Source of the DNA: an uncultured Hellea sp.
GTDB lineage: Bacteria > Pseudomonadota > Alphaproteobacteria > Caulobacterales > Maricaulaceae
Reading direction: 5' to 3'
Assembly: GCA_964472905.1 (NCBI GenBank)
Contig: CAYYMI010000001.1
Location: 9,663-73,662 of the forward strand
Length of the DNA: 64,000 bases
Shown here: positions 20,129 to 33,006 of the stretch, one piece after another
Position numbering within the stretch: position 1 is the first letter of the stretch
Layout: every line of letters starts with the position of its first letter
The notes under the pieces: model-generated
Databases searched by the model: none
Seen by the model: the letters and a program-made list of their open reading frames with translations, nothing else
Told to the model about the DNA's origin: nothing
Program-made: the position numbers and the translations under genes

Positions 20129-21814
20129 TCACTTTACCTTATGCGCTGTAACTTCAACGTGGGTTCTTTTTCCCGTATAGTTCTTCACAAATCTCTTAAC
20201 TTTAGATCGAAGGCGATCTTCAATTAAATCCTCATCTTTTCGTGCCTTCGGGCTCATACCTTCAAAAACATCTTCGGCTTCGTCAGCAACGCTATCAATC
20301 ATATCTTCAAGTATCTTACCCTCCCGCCCTTCAGGAAAGCCGGATATACGCACCTCTGGCCCGCTAATGAGACGCCCCTTACTGCTAACAACAAGGCTAA
20401 CCGACACATGACCAGCATAGGCCATTTTCTTTCTAAGCCTTAGCCCTTCATCATTATCAGCAATTATTGCATGTCCATCTTGATGAAGCCTTCCCGATGG
20501 AACGATATCAATTATAGCAGGGCCCTTATCTGATAACATTATCATTTCGCCATTACGCGGCGCGATAGAAAATTTCGGACTCAATGATTTTGCAAGCTTT
20601 GCATGCTCAAGCAAATGTCTTCTTTCACCATGCACTGGGACAGCAATTTTTGGCCTTACCCACTTATACATTTGTTTTAGTTCTTCACGGCAAGGATGCC
20701 CCGATACATGAATAGGCCGCATTTTTTCTGTTATAATATCAACACCATCATCAGCCAAAGCGTTTTGCAAGGCAAATATACCTTTTTCATTCCCAGGGAT
20801 AATTTTTGATGAGAAAATAACGACATCGCCTTTATGAAACTTTACTGAGCGGTGCTCACCAGCTGCGATACGTGATAAGGCTGCCCGCGGTTCTCCCTGA
20901 CTGCCCGTACAAAGGTATAACACATGAGCCGCCGGCATGCTTTGCGCTTCATCTTCACTGAGCAAAGCTCCAATATTTTCGAGCAATCCAATTGATTTTG
21001 CTGCTGCCGTCATTCGCCGCATAGAACGACCGACAAGGCAAACGCTGCGGTCATTAGCTTTTGCTGCCATCATGACAGATTCTAACCGCGCCACATTGGA
21101 AGCAAAAGACGCAACGGCGACCCCCTTGCCTGCATACTCTCCAATTAACTTGACTAACTCCTCACGGACGCCCTCTTCACTGCCTGCAAAACCGGGTGAG
21201 AAAACATTCGTACTGTCACAAATCATGGCCAAAATGCCTTCATCGCCAACAGCTTTTAGGGCCTTGGAGTCAACGGGTTCCCCAATTTGTGGGGCCTCAT
21301 CAATTTTCCAATCCCCTGTATGCAGGATAGTTCCAAGCTCAGTTCGGATAGCCAAAGCATTAGGCTCTGCGATAGAATGAGTCATTGTGATCATTTCAAA
21401 ATCAAATGGCCCGAGCGAAAACTTACCCTTAAGCGGCACTTCATGAAGTTCGACGTCATCTAGTAAATCAAATTCTGAAAGGCGGTCTTTGACCAGGTAC
21501 ATTGTGAAAGGTGTTGCATAAACAGGGCATTTTAACTGCGGCCATAATCGCCCCAATGCACCCATGTGATCTTCATGAGCATGCGTTAAAACAATGCCCA
21601 GAAGGTTATCTCTATGCTCTACAATAAACTCAATATCTGGCATTATTATTTCAACACCTGGTGTATCAGCACCGCCAAATGTAACGCCTATATCAACAAT
21701 CACCCATTTTCTGTTATCTGCTGGGCCAAAACCAAATAGATTAAGATTCATCCCAACTTCACCGCACCCTCCTAGCGGCAGAAAAACAAGTTCATTTTTA
21801 GGATGGGAGGCCAT
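20129..21814 (-). CDS. rnj: Ribonuclease J
   Basis: PLGGCGEVGMN, THAHEDHMG, GSQGEP, HVSGH, PVHGE. Confidence 0.95.
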   Translation of the reverse strand: MASHPKNELVFLPLGGCGEVGMNLNLFGFGPADNRKWVIVDIGVTFGGADTPGVEIIMPDIEFIVEHRDNLLGIVLTHAHEDHMGALGRLWPQLKCPVYATPFTMYLVKDRLSEFDLLDDVELHEVPLKGKFSLGPFDFEMITMTHSIAEPNALAIRTELGTILHTGDWKIDEAPQIGEPVDSKALKAVGDEGILAMICDSTNVFSPGFAGSEEGVREELVKLIGEYAGKGVAVASFASNVARLESVMMAAKANDRSVCLVGRSMRRMTAAAKSIGLLENIGALLSEDEAQSMPAAHVLYLCTGSQGEPRAALSRIAAGEHRSVKFHKGDVVIFSSKIIPGNEKGIFALQNALADDGVDIITEKMRPIHVSGHPCREELKQMYKWVRPKIAVPVHGERRHLLEHAKLAKSLSPKFSIAPRNGEMIMLSDKGPAIIDIVPSGRLHQDGHAIIADNDEGLRLRKKMAYAGHVSVSLVVSSKGRLISGPEVRISGFPEGREGKILEDMIDSVADEAEDVFEGMSPKARKDEDLIEDRLRSKVKRFVKNYTGKRTHVEVTAHKVK

Positions 21815-22582
21815 CTATTTATTTAATCGCCCAATCTCTAAAAGACCATCAATCGTCAGATTGCTGTCGTAATGCTCAATTGTGCGCGATGCACCTTCAA
21901 ATAATGAAGCTACTCCACCAGTTCCGATAACCGTGAAACTGCGCTTCTCCTCTTCAATTATTCTCTCGACCAAACCATCAATCAATCCAATATAGCCCCA
22001 AAATATTCCTGATTGCATGGCTGAGACAGTACTATGCCCGACCACATTTTCAGGCCGCCTTATTTCTATACGAGGCAATTGCGCAGCGGCCTTATGTAAG
22101 GCTTTCACAGACAGATTTATCCCAGGAGAAATTATACCCCCTTCAAAATAACCATCCTCAGAAATAACATCAAATGTCGTCGCGGTGCCGCTATCAATAA
22201 TAATGAGATTACCTTTATATCGCTTCATAGCGCCTAAAGCTGTAACTAATCTGTCAGCTCCAACCTCTTTTGGATTCACATTGCGAATACCAATTCCAAT
22301 TTTAACGCCCTCTTCTCCGATTATAATCGGATCTACATTTAGATGTCGGCGTGATAAATTGCGCATATTAAATAAAGATTGCGGCACCACAGTCGAAATG
22401 ACACATTCGGAAATATCCTGAAAACTCAGGTCTTGCATCATCAGCAATTGATGAAACCAAACCGCATATTCATCTGCTGTACGTGTCGCATTTGTGGCGA
22501 TGCGCCACTCAACAATCCACTCTTTCCCATCATGGATAGCAAAAAGCGTATTTGTATTCCCTGTGTCTATCGCGAGTAACAT
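21815..22582 (-). CDS. coaX: Type III pantothenate kinase
   Basis: [31 protein letters not shown]. Confidence 0.95.
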   Translation of the reverse strand: MLLAIDTGNTNTLFAIHDGKEWIVEWRIATNATRTADEYAVWFHQLLMMQDLSFQDISECVISTVVPQSLFNMRNLSRRHLNVDPIIIGEEGVKIGIGIRNVNPKEVGADRLVTALGAMKRYKGNLIIIDSGTATTFDVISEDGYFEGGIISPGINLSVKALHKAAAQLPRIEIRRPENVVGHSTVSAMQSGIFWGYIGLIDGLVERIIEEEKRSFTVIGTGGVASLFEGASRTIEHYDSNLTIDGLLEIGRLNK

Positions 22583-23326
22583 TTAGGCTCCACCGTCACG
22601 AAAGAACACATCTCCAGCGTGAACGTGTCTTATCGTGCCATTCTCAAGCCGAACACGCAACGCTCCATTTTCATCGAGGCTAAGGGCATGACCTGAGAAT
22701 TTTTCTTTATGCAGATTTACAGTTACCCTTCCTGGAATATTATAGGCACGCGACAGCCAAGCCTCAGATATAGGATCAAACCCTTGGTTTAAAGCTATTT
22801 GACGCCAATGATCGAACCGAGCTGCAAGACTGGCAAGCACTGTATCTGGTCCTGAAATAATGGGCTCCGCAACATTAAGTCTGGCAGGATCAATATGTTC
22901 TAAAAGATGTGTAGCTGGAAAATCCGTCTGTTGCGGATGAGAAGTCAGATTAATCCCAATACCAATTACAAACCAACCATCTCCACCTTCAAGTAGAATT
23001 CCTGATGTTTTTTTGGCATCAACCAATACATCATTGGGCCATTTTAGTTTGATTTTTATTTTGGGGATATAATCTTCAAGACACTCAGCAACTGCCAAAG
23101 CTGCAACAAAGCTCATCTGCGCGGCTTCTTGTAATGTCCCTTTATGAGGATACAGGCCTGAGCAATATAAGTTACCGGTTTTAGATATCCATTCTCTGCC
23201 GCGTCGACCACGGCCTTTGGTTTGATGATCTGCGCGAACCCATAATGGGCCTTTTTCACCTGTCTTTGCTAAACGCTTTGCTTCCGCATTTGTAGAATCG
23301 ACCTGATCTAGAGTTACAAATTTCAA
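22583..23326 (-). CDS. birA: Biotin--[acetyl-CoA-carboxylase] ligase (no HTH domain)
   Basis: DSTN, QTKGRGRRGR-W, LKWPNDVL, K-SGIL; likely TTG start 1 nt after the nuoN stop. Confidence 0.93.
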   Translation of the reverse strand: MKFVTLDQVDSTNAEAKRLAKTGEKGPLWVRADHQTKGRGRRGREWISKTGNLYCSGLYPHKGTLQEAAQMSFVAALAVAECLEDYIPKIKIKLKWPNDVLVDAKKTSGILLEGGDGWFVIGIGINLTSHPQQTDFPATHLLEHIDPARLNVAEPIISGPDTVLASLAARFDHWRQIALNQGFDPISEAWLSRAYNIPGRVTVNLHKEKFSGHALSLDENGALRVRLENGTIRHVHAGDVFFRDGGA

Positions 23327-23327
23327 T

Positions 23328-24761
23328 TTAGAATAAGCTTGCAGCCGCTTGCGCAATAATACCTTGAGAGCGAACGGCTAAAAATGGCAAAAGAAAGAGA
23401 GGAAAAACTAAGAGAACAGAAATTGTCGATAATCCTCGAAGCGTCTTAGGCGCTTGTACAAATTCATTTTCAGCTTCCTCAAACCACATCGTCTTGATGA
23501 GACGTAGATAGTAAAAAGCACCGATAACTGAGGCGATTAACGCTAAGACAACAAGCCATGTTAAGCCGGTTTCCATTGCCGGAAGGAAGGCGAATAATTT
23601 CCCAAAGAAACCTAAGAGCGGGGGTATACCCATGACCGAAAACATGAACATGCTGAGGATTATTGCCAATGATTTATTCGATTTAGAGAGGCCAGCGAGA
23701 TCTGAGATTTGCTCGACCATGCCATTTCTAATTCGCATCTGTAAAATACAGGCGAATATTCCAATGACCGTTATTACGTAAATACTCATAAATATGAGCA
23801 TCCCTTTAACACCTGCCATGGTTCCTGCAGCTAGAGGAACTAATGCATACCCCATATTGGCAATAGAGGAATAAGCCATGAGGCGCTTAATATTTGTTTG
23901 AGCCAAGGCCCCTATAGCCCCAACAAACATTGAGAGTACGGCTAGAACGATAATCACCTGCTGCCACTGCGTAATAATATCTCCAAACGGTCCAATCACA
24001 AGACGGGCGATAAGAGCCATAGCCGCAAATTTTGGCGCAGCCGCAAAGAATCCTGTGACGGGCGTAGGCGAGCCTTCATAAACGTCTGGCGTCCACATAT
24101 GAAACGGCGCCGCAGAAATTTTAAACGCAAGGCCGCACAATAAGAAAACCATACCTGCAATTATACCCGGCGTCGTTCCTGCTGAAACGACTTCAGCAAT
24201 TCTTCCGAATTCCAAAGACCCCGTGAAACCATAAATCAATGACGATCCGTAAAGCAGAAGGCCTGATGATATCGCGCCGAGCACAAAATACTTCAAGCCA
24301 GCCTCTGATGCCCGCAGGCTATCACGATTAAACGCAGCCATAACGTAGAGGGCCAAAGACTGTAACTCAATCCCGATATAAAGGGACAACAAACTATTGG
24401 CAGACACCATGATGGACATGCCTAAGACAGCGTAGAGCACAAGAACAGAATACTCATATCGGTCCAATTTTTCAGTTTGGAAGTAAGACTTCGAAAACAT
24501 CAAAGCCGCCGCCGCAGATAAGCCGAGGAACATATTTACATAGTGACTGAAATTATTGACAAGCAATGCGCCTTTAAACGCTTCCCCTGAAGGTTGTCCG
24601 AGAATAAGGCCTATAAAGGCAAAAAGAACAAGCAGCCCAACAGCAATATACCGCACAAGAATAGAACGATCTTTGTCTTTAGAGACACCAAAGCCTAACA
24701 ATAAAGAAGCCGTTACAGCCAATAGGAGTTGAGGCGCAAATAATGAAATCGTTTGCAACAT
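23328..24761 (-). CDS. nuoN: NADH-quinone oxidoreductase subunit N
   Basis: EAGLKYFVLG, FKISAAPFHMWTPDVYEG. Confidence 0.96.
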   Translation of the reverse strand: MLQTISLFAPQLLLAVTASLLLGFGVSKDKDRSILVRYIAVGLLVLFAFIGLILGQPSGEAFKGALLVNNFSHYVNMFLGLSAAAALMFSKSYFQTEKLDRYEYSVLVLYAVLGMSIMVSANSLLSLYIGIELQSLALYVMAAFNRDSLRASEAGLKYFVLGAISSGLLLYGSSLIYGFTGSLEFGRIAEVVSAGTTPGIIAGMVFLLCGLAFKISAAPFHMWTPDVYEGSPTPVTGFFAAAPKFAAMALIARLVIGPFGDIITQWQQVIIVLAVLSMFVGAIGALAQTNIKRLMAYSSIANMGYALVPLAAGTMAGVKGMLIFMSIYVITVIGIFACILQMRIRNGMVEQISDLAGLSKSNKSLAIILSMFMFSVMGIPPLLGFFGKLFAFLPAMETGLTWLVVLALIASVIGAFYYLRLIKTMWFEEAENEFVQAPKTLRGLSTISVLLVFPLFLLPFLAVRSQGIIAQAAASLF

Positions 24762-24763
24762 GG

Positions 24764-26293
24764 CTACTGCCCTCCTGTTGCGGCAGAAAAATCAGCTATC
24801 AAGCTCTCTACGGACGCCGAGGTTATATCGGTGATAAGGGCTGGATAAACACCTAATACGATTGTCATGATGGCCAGCGGCGCAAGAACAACCCATTCTC
24901 TGCGAGTCATATCCGCAATCCCTTCCAGTTTTTCATTTGTTTGCTCTCCAAATATAACTTCTCGGTATAAGTGAAGCGCGTACATAGCGGATAAGATCAT
25001 ACCCAAAGCAGCACCAGCCGCTATCCATGGAGTAACTTGATAGGCCCCTATCATCGTCAAAATTTCGCCCACAAAACCAGACGTTCCCGGCAAACCGACA
25101 TTAGCCATCGTGAAGAGCATGAAAAACGCTGCATAAACGGGCATATGTTTTACCAGCCCGCCATAGAATGAAATTTCACGCGTATGCATACGGTCATAAA
25201 TCACTCCGACGCAAAAGAATAACGCGCCTGAGATAACCCCATGAGACAACATCTGATAGATGCCGCCCTGAATACCTTGCATATTAAACGTGAAAATTCC
25301 CATGGTCACAAATCCCATATGGGCCACCGAAGAATAGGCGATGAGTTTCTTCATGTCATTCTGGCGATAAGCCACAAGCGATGTGTAAATGATAGCAATG
25401 ACTGACATCCAGAAAATAATCGGCGCGAGCTCTAATGATGCATTCGGAAACATAGGAAGTGAAAAACGGAGGAAGCCATACCCCCCCAATTTAAGCAAGA
25501 TACCCGCCAGAATAACCGACCCCGCTGTTGGCGCTTCAACGTGAGCATCAGGTAGCCATGTATGAACTGGCCACATCGGCATTTTGACGGCGAAACTGGC
25601 AAAGAAGGCGAGCCATAAGCATGTCTGCGCGCCGCCAGGTATTTCCAGCTCGTTCATTAGAACCCGCATATCTGTCGTAGGAGACCCTAGCTGTTGGCCA
25701 CTAAAGTTATAAATCCATAAAATAGCTGCTAACATCAACACGGAGCCTAGAAGCGTATAGAGGAAGAATTTATAACTCGCATAAACACGGTTCTTTCCAC
25801 CCCAAACACCGATAATAATAAACATCGGGATAAGGACTGCTTCGAAGAACAAGTAGAATAATATCAAATCAAGCGAGACAAAAACGCCAATCATCAAGGT
25901 TTCTAGAATTAGAAACGCGACCATATATTCCAGCATCCTTGATTTTATCGATCGCTCGCTCGCAATTATACAAAGCGGTGTCAAAAATGCTGTTAAAAGA
26001 ATAAATAGAATTGAAATTCCATCGACTCCAACGCGGTATTCAATACCGCCCCCAAGCCATGGTGTTTCTTGAACAAATTGAAAGCCTGATTTGGCACTAT
26101 CAAATTCAAATGTGAGCAAGAGCGATAGCAAGAACACAGCACCGGATACCACTAGCGCAACGCGGGGAGCATTTTTATCAAGTTGTTCACGGCCAGCCTC
26201 TCCGCCGAATTTAGCCGCGCCAGCTAAAATTAATGCGCCAAAGAGTGGGATGAATGTGATCAAAGACAAAATGGGAATGCTGTCAAAAAACAT
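24764..26293 (-). CDS. nuoM: NADH-quinone oxidoreductase subunit M
   Basis: [33 protein letters not shown]. Confidence 0.96.
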   Translation of the reverse strand: MFFDSIPILSLITFIPLFGALILAGAAKFGGEAGREQLDKNAPRVALVVSGAVFLLSLLLTFEFDSAKSGFQFVQETPWLGGGIEYRVGVDGISILFILLTAFLTPLCIIASERSIKSRMLEYMVAFLILETLMIGVFVSLDLILFYLFFEAVLIPMFIIIGVWGGKNRVYASYKFFLYTLLGSVLMLAAILWIYNFSGQQLGSPTTDMRVLMNELEIPGGAQTCLWLAFFASFAVKMPMWPVHTWLPDAHVEAPTAGSVILAGILLKLGGYGFLRFSLPMFPNASLELAPIIFWMSVIAIIYTSLVAYRQNDMKKLIAYSSVAHMGFVTMGIFTFNMQGIQGGIYQMLSHGVISGALFFCVGVIYDRMHTREISFYGGLVKHMPVYAAFFMLFTMANVGLPGTSGFVGEILTMIGAYQVTPWIAAGAALGMILSAMYALHLYREVIFGEQTNEKLEGIADMTRREWVVLAPLAIMTIVLGVYPALITDITSASVESLIADFSAATGGQ

Positions 26294-26294
26294 A

Positions 26295-28382
26295 TCAGCC
26301 TCCCACCGTGCGGAATACTAAGGCAATGATTACTGCAACACCCAAGAGCATAACGAAAGCATAATGGAACAAGTAACCTGTTTGTAATTTCGATAGGCGC
26401 TTAGCGGCACCAGCCGTAAAAGCAGCAACCCCGTTAGGTCCTAAACCATCAATGATTTTTTGATCGCCAACCTTCCAGAATAAATCCCCTAGAGCTCTTG
26501 CACCTCGAACGATAGTCGCATCATAAATTTCATCAATGTACCATTTATTCAGCAAGAAATTATAGAGAGGCCCTCCGCCCGTTTCTTCTATCGTCTTAAT
26601 GTGTTTCTCAGCCCCTTGCCCGCGCATATACATGACATAAGCCGTGATGAAGCCAATAGCCGAAACGAATAGCGGTGAGAGAAGAACCCACCATGGATAT
26701 CCGTGATAGGTATTAAATAACCACCCAAAAGGACCACCATGTTTAACGTTACCATAGGTCGCGTCACTCGCATGAGTTGTTTCAGCAGCAGCGTAAAGGC
26801 TCTCAGAGGCTAAGGCTGCATGATGTTCTCCCGCATGAACAGGGAGGGCACTGTGCCAGAAGTCACCCGCATTACCCATGAATTTAGAATAGAATATAGT
26901 TCCTGCAAAAACAGCGCCGAAACTCAACAGACCAAGCGGTACAAGCATAGACATCGGGCTTTCATGGGCATGTTCATAGGTATGATGATCGCCGCGATAT
27001 TTACCGTGGAACGTCATAAAAATTAAACGCCAGCTATAAAAACTTGTCATCAACGCCGCGACCAGACCAACCCAAAATGCAAATGCGCCCGCATTAGACC
27101 CTATCGTTCCCGCAGTGTATGCCGCTTCAATAATCGCATCTTTTGAAAAGAACCCAGCAAAGCCAATTGGCGTTCCTGGTATACCTATACCAGTAATGGC
27201 GAGCGTACCGATAATCATAGCTATGTAGGTCAGAGGGACTTTCTTTCGAATGCCGCCCATTTTACGCATATCCTGTTCATGATGCAGGGCGTGAATAACC
27301 GAGCCTGCACATAAGAATAACAAGGCTTTAAAAAACGCATGGGTAAAGAGATGGAACATCGCCGCGCTATATGCCCCTACACCTGCGGCAAAGAACATAT
27401 AGCCTAGCTGACTACAAGTCGAATAGGCGATAACGCGTTTAATATCATTTTGGACCAAAGCAACTGTTGCGGCGAAGAAGGCTGTGAAAGCTCCAATAAC
27501 GGTTATGAATCCTGATGTAATAGGTGCAGCTTCATAAATAGCTGAAGCGCGGCAGACCAAGAAAACCCCCGCTGTCACCATTGTCGCCGCATGGATAAGG
27601 GCTGATACAGGCGTTGGCCCTTCCATCGCATCTGGTAGCCAAACATGGAGAACAAATTGCGCGGATTTCCCCATGGCTCCGATAAAGAGAAGCGCTGCAA
27701 TTAATTCAATCGCGTTAAATTCCATGCCCAAGAAAGGTAGTTTCCTATCACTATTTTCCGCTATGGCTCCGAACACCGTATCAAATTCAACTGATCCAAA
27801 AACTAAGAAAATCGTCATTACGCCAAGCGCGAGACCTACATCCCCGACACGGTTGGTGACAAAGGCTTTAATTGCAGCCGCGTTAGCAGACGGTTTTTTA
27901 TAATAATACCCAATCAAAAGGTACGAGGCGAGGCCAACCCCTTCCCATCCGAAGAACATTTGAATGAAGTTATTAGACGTCACCAACATCAACATCGCGA
28001 AGGTAAAGAGCGATAAATAGGCGAAGAAACGCGGTTTATACTTATCATCGCTCATATAGCCCCAGCTATAGAGATGAACCAGTGCGGATACCGAATTAAC
28101 AACCACCAACATAACGGCTGTCAGCGTATCTATTTTGAAAGCCCAATTAGCCTTTACACCGCCAACATCCAGCCAACGCAGGACTTTTACATTCGTCCCT
28201 TCATGACCAATGCCAACTTTAATAAGCGCATACCAAGAGAGAATAGCAGAAAGGAATAAAACGCCAGTTGTTAAAACCAAGCTGGCTTTTTCATTTAGCA
28301 TTTGCCGTCCAAAGCGCGTACCGCCAAGGCCAGCAATTATTGCGGCCATAAGCGGCGCAAAAACTATGACATGATACAACAC
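26295..28382 (-). CDS. nuoL: NADH-quinone oxidoreductase subunit L
   Basis: [40 protein letters not shown]. Confidence 0.96.
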   Translation of the reverse strand: MLYHVIVFAPLMAAIIAGLGGTRFGRQMLNEKASLVLTTGVLFLSAILSWYALIKVGIGHEGTNVKVLRWLDVGGVKANWAFKIDTLTAVMLVVVNSVSALVHLYSWGYMSDDKYKPRFFAYLSLFTFAMLMLVTSNNFIQMFFGWEGVGLASYLLIGYYYKKPSANAAAIKAFVTNRVGDVGLALGVMTIFLVFGSVEFDTVFGAIAENSDRKLPFLGMEFNAIELIAALLFIGAMGKSAQFVLHVWLPDAMEGPTPVSALIHAATMVTAGVFLVCRASAIYEAAPITSGFITVIGAFTAFFAATVALVQNDIKRVIAYSTCSQLGYMFFAAGVGAYSAAMFHLFTHAFFKALLFLCAGSVIHALHHEQDMRKMGGIRKKVPLTYIAMIIGTLAITGIGIPGTPIGFAGFFSKDAIIEAAYTAGTIGSNAGAFAFWVGLVAALMTSFYSWRLIFMTFHGKYRGDHHTYEHAHESPMSMLVPLGLLSFGAVFAGTIFYSKFMGNAGDFWHSALPVHAGEHHAALASESLYAAAETTHASDATYGNVKHGGPFGWLFNTYHGYPWWVLLSPLFVSAIGFITAYVMYMRGQGAEKHIKTIEETGGGPLYNFLLNKWYIDEIYDATIVRGARALGDLFWKVGDQKIIDGLGPNGVAAFTAGAAKRLSKLQTGYLFHYAFVMLLGVAVIIALVFRTVGG

Positions 28383-28386
28383 AGCC

Positions 28387-28713
28387 CTAGCCCTTCATCA
28401 AATCAATGTTTTCAACGGCGATATTTCCGCGGTTTCGGAAATAGACAACGAGAATTGCGAGACCAACTGCAGCCTCTGCCGCCGCAACCGTCAGAATAAA
28501 CAATGCAAAGACCTGCCCAGCCATAGGATTATTACCCGCGCCTTCCGCCATATGAGTCGAGAAGGCAACGAAATTGATATTTACAGCTAAGAGAATAAGT
28601 TCGACGCACATTAAAATAATGATGACATTTTTCCTATTCACGAAAATCCCAAAGACGCCGATTGTAAAAAGAACAGCGGCGACAACCAGATAATGTGAGA
28701 GACCGATAACCAT
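28387..28713 (-). CDS. nuoK: NADH-quinone oxidoreductase subunit K
   Basis: [24 protein letters not shown]. Confidence 0.96.
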   Translation of the reverse strand: MVIGLSHYLVVAAVLFTIGVFGIFVNRKNVIIILMCVELILLAVNINFVAFSTHMAEGAGNNPMAGQVFALFILTVAAAEAAVGLAILVVYFRNRGNIAVENIDLMKG

Positions 28714-29312
28714 TAGCCAATCCCCTGTCCTGGCTCAATGTCGATATGCTCAACCCCTGTTTCGCGAGTCCGTGCATTTTGTTCTAGAATGTTTTGTTTG
28801 CGAACGCCGTCTCTCTCACGAAGAGTCAAAACAACGGCACCTATAAGCGCAACCAATAAAATAAGACCTGCCGCTTCAAACATCCCTGCATATTCTGTGT
28901 AAAGAACTTCACCAAAAGCTTCGAGGTTTGACGTATTTGGGTCACGTTCGGCAACAGTTGTTGTTGTGCCAGTGTAATAAGCTGCGCCCACAAGGAACAT
29001 CTCTATAAATAAAACAAAAGCAACTAGCCCACCAACCGGTAAATATTGCAAAAAGCCCTGCTTTAACTCTACGAAATCTACATCAAGCATCATGACCACG
29101 AAGAGGAACAGCACTGCAACCGCGCCGACGTAAACCATCACAATCAAAAGCGCTAAAAACTCAGCGCCCATGAGGATAAATAATCCAGCTGCGCTAAAGA
29201 ACGTCAAGATAAGATACATCACAGAATGAACTGGGTTTTTACTAGCCACAACCATGAACGCGGCGGCAACTGCCACTGCGGCAAGCAAGTAAAATGAAAT
29301 GGCGACTAGCAC
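28713..29312 (-). CDS. nuoJ: NADH-quinone oxidoreductase subunit J
   Basis: [23 protein letters not shown]. Confidence 0.95.
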   Translation of the reverse strand: MLVAISFYLLAAVAVAAAFMVVASKNPVHSVMYLILTFFSAAGLFILMGAEFLALLIVMVYVGAVAVLFLFVVMMLDVDFVELKQGFLQYLPVGGLVAFVLFIEMFLVGAAYYTGTTTTVAERDPNTSNLEAFGEVLYTEYAGMFEAAGLILLVALIGAVVLTLRERDGVRKQNILEQNARTRETGVEHIDIEPGQGIG

Positions 29313-29342
29313 GGTTCAGTATTCCTCTTCTTACGCATCGCT

Positions 29343-29834
29343 CTAGCGATACGGCGCGTCCAAAGCTAAGTTTTTGGCAATTAAAGACTCCCACCGATCG
29401 CCATTAGCGAGGAGTTTGTCTTTGTCATAATAAAGTTCTTCGCGAGTCTCTGTTGCAAATTCGTAATTCGGGCCTTCAACAATCGCGTCAACGGGACAGG
29501 CCTCTTGGCAAAGGCCGCAATAAATACATTTGACCATATCAATGTCATAACGAGACGTTCGGCGTGACCCATCTGGGCGAGGTTCAGCTTCAATCGTGAT
29601 AGCTTGTGCGGGGCAAATGGCTTCACATAACTTACAGGCAATGCAGCGTTCTTCTCCAGAGGGATAACGACGCAGAGCATGTTCGCCTCGAAAACGCGGC
29701 GATATAGGGCCTTTTTCGAAGGGGTAATTAATTGTTATTTTCGGACGGAAGAAATATTTCATCGCCAGCCAAAAGGCAGAAACGAATTCAAGGAGAAAAA
29801 TTCCGCGAATAGCTTGTTTGATGCGTGTTATCAT
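29343..29834 (-). CDS. nuoI: NADH-quinone oxidoreductase subunit I
   Basis: Two 4Fe-4S motifs, [12 protein letters not shown] and [12 protein letters not shown]. Confidence 0.97.
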   Translation of the reverse strand: MITRIKQAIRGIFLLEFVSAFWLAMKYFFRPKITINYPFEKGPISPRFRGEHALRRYPSGEERCIACKLCEAICPAQAITIEAEPRPDGSRRTSRYDIDMVKCIYCGLCQEACPVDAIVEGPNYEFATETREELYYDKDKLLANGDRWESLIAKNLALDAPYR

Positions 29835-30904
29835 AATTTGTCTCCAAAAAAGACAACCCAGCTAGACACAAAAATCACCGCAGCAATCGAGATAGGTAGG
29901 AATACTTTCCAGCCTAAACGCATTAATTGATCATAACGATAACGCGGGACGATAGCCTTCACCATGGCAAATAAGAAAAACATGAAGAGGCATTTAATAA
30001 AGAACCAAAAGACTGGTGGAATAAATTGAATGCCAATATCAATGGGAGCGTGCCAGCCGCCTAAAAATAAAATCGTAAACATGGCACACATCAAGGTCAT
30101 GTTCAGATACTCACCAAACATAAAGAGAAGATACGGCGTCGAGGAATATTCGACCATGAAACCAGCAACGAGTTCTGATTCAGCTTCTGGCAAATCAAAC
30201 GGTGGACGGTTCGTCTCAGCAAGCGCGGAAATAAAGAACATAACGCCCATAAAGAACATAATTGGGAACAAAATAAGAGACATGGGCTTGGAAAAATCGA
30301 GCATAAACATATGCCATTGCCAAAATCCACCCGCTTGCGCGTTTACAATTTCACTTAAGTTCATAGATCCTGTTAGGAAAATGACTGTCAAAATGATAAA
30401 TCCGATTGAAACTTCGTAGGAAATCATCTGAGCGGTTGATCTTAGCGCACCCATAAAGGGATACTTCGAGTTCGAAGCCCATCCCCCTATGATAATTCCG
30501 TAAACTCCAAGGGATGATATAGCTAGAACATAAAGAATACCCACATTGACATTGGACATAACCCATCCGGGCGCAATAGGGACAACCGCCCACGCCAAAA
30601 ACGCCATAACAAGCGTTATGATAGGCGCTAAAATATAAAGGCCTTTATCAGAGCCAGACGGGACAACAATTTCTTTGAAAACAAATTTCAAAAGGTCAGC
30701 AAAGGATTGAAGCAAACCAAAAGGCCCTACGACATTAGGGCCACGGCGCATCTGTACGGCCGCCCAGACTTTGCGATCCATAAGGATCAAAAAAGCCAGA
30801 AGAACAGATAGAATAAGAACAAAACCGACGACTTGTAAGAATTTCAATCCAAACCAAGCGGCAGGCGTTAAATCCGTCCAAAATTGTAGGAACTGAGCCA
30901 ACAT
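29831..30904 (-). CDS. nuoH: NADH-quinone oxidoreductase subunit H
   Basis: [44 protein letters not shown]. Confidence 0.97.
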   Translation of the reverse strand: MLAQFLQFWTDLTPAAWFGLKFLQVVGFVLILSVLLAFLILMDRKVWAAVQMRRGPNVVGPFGLLQSFADLLKFVFKEIVVPSGSDKGLYILAPIITLVMAFLAWAVVPIAPGWVMSNVNVGILYVLAISSLGVYGIIIGGWASNSKYPFMGALRSTAQMISYEVSIGFIILTVIFLTGSMNLSEIVNAQAGGFWQWHMFMLDFSKPMSLILFPIMFFMGVMFFISALAETNRPPFDLPEAESELVAGFMVEYSSTPYLLFMFGEYLNMTLMCAMFTILFLGGWHAPIDIGIQFIPPVFWFFIKCLFMFFLFAMVKAIVPRYRYDQLMRLGWKVFLPISIAAVIFVSSWVVFFGDKL

Positions 30905-33006
30905 TATTCTGCTGCCTCTTTAACAATATCATCATTAAGAGCGGAACACTCAGCCATAACATTTGACGCCCTTGCAATCGGGTTCGTCATATAAAAATCA
31001 ATGTCTGAATTTTTAAACGCAGCTGAGGACATATTCCCAGCCTCGCCTATTTGCGCAACGTCAAACTTTGCCGCGCCTTGCGCGCCAGGGGCATAACCAA
31101 GGCTTGCAAAGCTCGGATGATCTTCAAATAATTTTTCTCGTATTTGCCCGATACTGTTATAAGGCAACTCTCTATCTAGGTGCCCCGATAGCGCGCGAAT
31201 TATCGCCCAACCATCTTTGGCTTCACCTTTGGGCGCAACAGCCCGCACACCCATTTGAACCCGGCCCTCTAGATTGACATAAAGCCCGTCTTTTTCTGTA
31301 TAAGCGGCGCTTGGCAGGATAATATCCGCCACATGCGCGCCCGCATCACCATGACTTCCCTGATAGATCACGAAAGCATTTTTCAGTTTGGAGGTATCAA
31401 GCTCATCCGCCCCGAGTAAATAAACTGTTTTAACTGCGTCTTGCTGAGCGGCATCAAGAATTTCATGCGTTGTAAGACCATCTTGAGCAGGTGTGAAGCC
31501 CATATCAAGACCACCGACACGGGCTGCCGCATTATGAAGAATATTAAATCCGTTCCAACCTTCACGGATTGCGCCAACTTCAGCCGCAAGCTTACCAACC
31601 ACTCTTAATATCTGCGCGCTATCTTTACGTCCTAAGGCCCCTGACCCGATAATAATGGCAGGGTTTTTGGCTGATTTAAGCTTTTTCGCAAAGCCTTTAG
31701 TCTCTTTGATAAGAGCCTGAATATCTGCAGGGCTTGTCCCGATATGGTCGTATTCATAAGTGAAATCATCTGCTTCACCGATCACGCCAATATCCATGCC
31801 TCCGGCTATCCACGCTTTACGTAAACGCGTATTCACCAATGGGGCTTCGAGACGGGGGTTAGACCCAATAATGAGTACCGCGTCAGCAGATTCAATACCA
31901 TCAATCGTTGAGTTAAACAGATAGGATTGGCGAGCGCCGCCTAGCTTTGAGCCATCTTGGCGACAATCAATGTTTTTAACCCCAAGATTATTCATTAAAT
32001 CCATCAAGGCTTTCATGGACTCTGCGTCGCAAAGATCACCTGCAATAGCCGCAATTTCTTGTGGATCACCTTTGAGTTTTTCAGCCACTAAAGCCAGAGC
32101 TTCGTCCCATCCTGCGGCACGGAGTTTTCCGTTTTCGCGGATAAAGGGTTTATCAAGTCGCTGACGGGCCAAGCCGTCCCACACAAAGCGGGTTTTGTCT
32201 GAAATCCATTCTTCATTTACCGCATCATTAACAACAGGCATAATTCTCAGAACAGCTCCGCCGCGGCTATCAATGCGGATATTCGAGCCAACAGCGTCCA
32301 TCACGTCGATAGACTCTACTTTATCAAGCTCCCAGGGCCGCGCGTTAAATGCGTAGGGCTTAGATGTGAGCGCACCAACAGGACAAAGGTCAATCACATT
32401 GCCGGACAACTCAGATGTCAAAGATTGCTCAAGATATGTCGTGATTTCGGCATCTTCACCCCGCGAAGCTAGACCAATCTCCTCTACGCCAGCGACTTCG
32501 GTAATGAACCTCACGCAGCGTGTACATTGGATGCAGCGCGTCATGACCGTATTGACTAGAGGCCCCATAAACTTATCATCCACGGCACGTTTATTTTCTT
32601 CAAAGCGCGAGCCGTCACGACCATAGGCCATGGCTTGGTCTTGGAGGTCACATTCTCCGCCCTGATCACAAATCGGGCAATCGAGCGGATGATTGATGAG
32701 TAAGAACTCCATCACACCTTCACGGGCTTTTTTTACGGTTTCTGAATTTGTCCGAATATTAGCTGGTGTACCGTCACGGTTCGGACGCAAGTCTTTGACT
32801 TGAAGCGCACAAGAGGCCTGAGGCTTAGGCGCGCCGACCCATTCGACAAGGCACATACGGCAGTTACCTGCCACGGAAAGACGCTCATGATAACAGAAAC
32901 GCGGAATTTCCGCCCCAGCTGCCTCTTCGCAAGCCTGCATGACGGTATAATTCCCCGGCACTTCATATTCAGTGCCATCAATATTGATTTTGCGTAGATC
33001 AGACAT
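30904..33006 (-). CDS. nuoG: NADH-quinone oxidoreductase subunit G
   Basis: [43 protein letters not shown]. Confidence 0.97.
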   Translation of the reverse strand: MSDLRKINIDGTEYEVPGNYTVMQACEEAAGAEIPRFCYHERLSVAGNCRMCLVEWVGAPKPQASCALQVKDLRPNRDGTPANIRTNSETVKKAREGVMEFLLINHPLDCPICDQGGECDLQDQAMAYGRDGSRFEENKRAVDDKFMGPLVNTVMTRCIQCTRCVRFITEVAGVEEIGLASRGEDAEITTYLEQSLTSELSGNVIDLCPVGALTSKPYAFNARPWELDKVESIDVMDAVGSNIRIDSRGGAVLRIMPVVNDAVNEEWISDKTRFVWDGLARQRLDKPFIRENGKLRAAGWDEALALVAEKLKGDPQEIAAIAGDLCDAESMKALMDLMNNLGVKNIDCRQDGSKLGGARQSYLFNSTIDGIESADAVLIIGSNPRLEAPLVNTRLRKAWIAGGMDIGVIGEADDFTYEYDHIGTSPADIQALIKETKGFAKKLKSAKNPAIIIGSGALGRKDSAQILRVVGKLAAEVGAIREGWNGFNILHNAAARVGGLDMGFTPAQDGLTTHEILDAAQQDAVKTVYLLGADELDTSKLKNAFVIYQGSHGDAGAHVADIILPSAAYTEKDGLYVNLEGRVQMGVRAVAPKGEAKDGWAIIRALSGHLDRELPYNSIGQIREKLFEDHPSFASLGYAPGAQGAAKFDVAQIGEAGNMSSAAFKNSDIDFYMTNPIARASNVMAECSALNDDIVKEAAE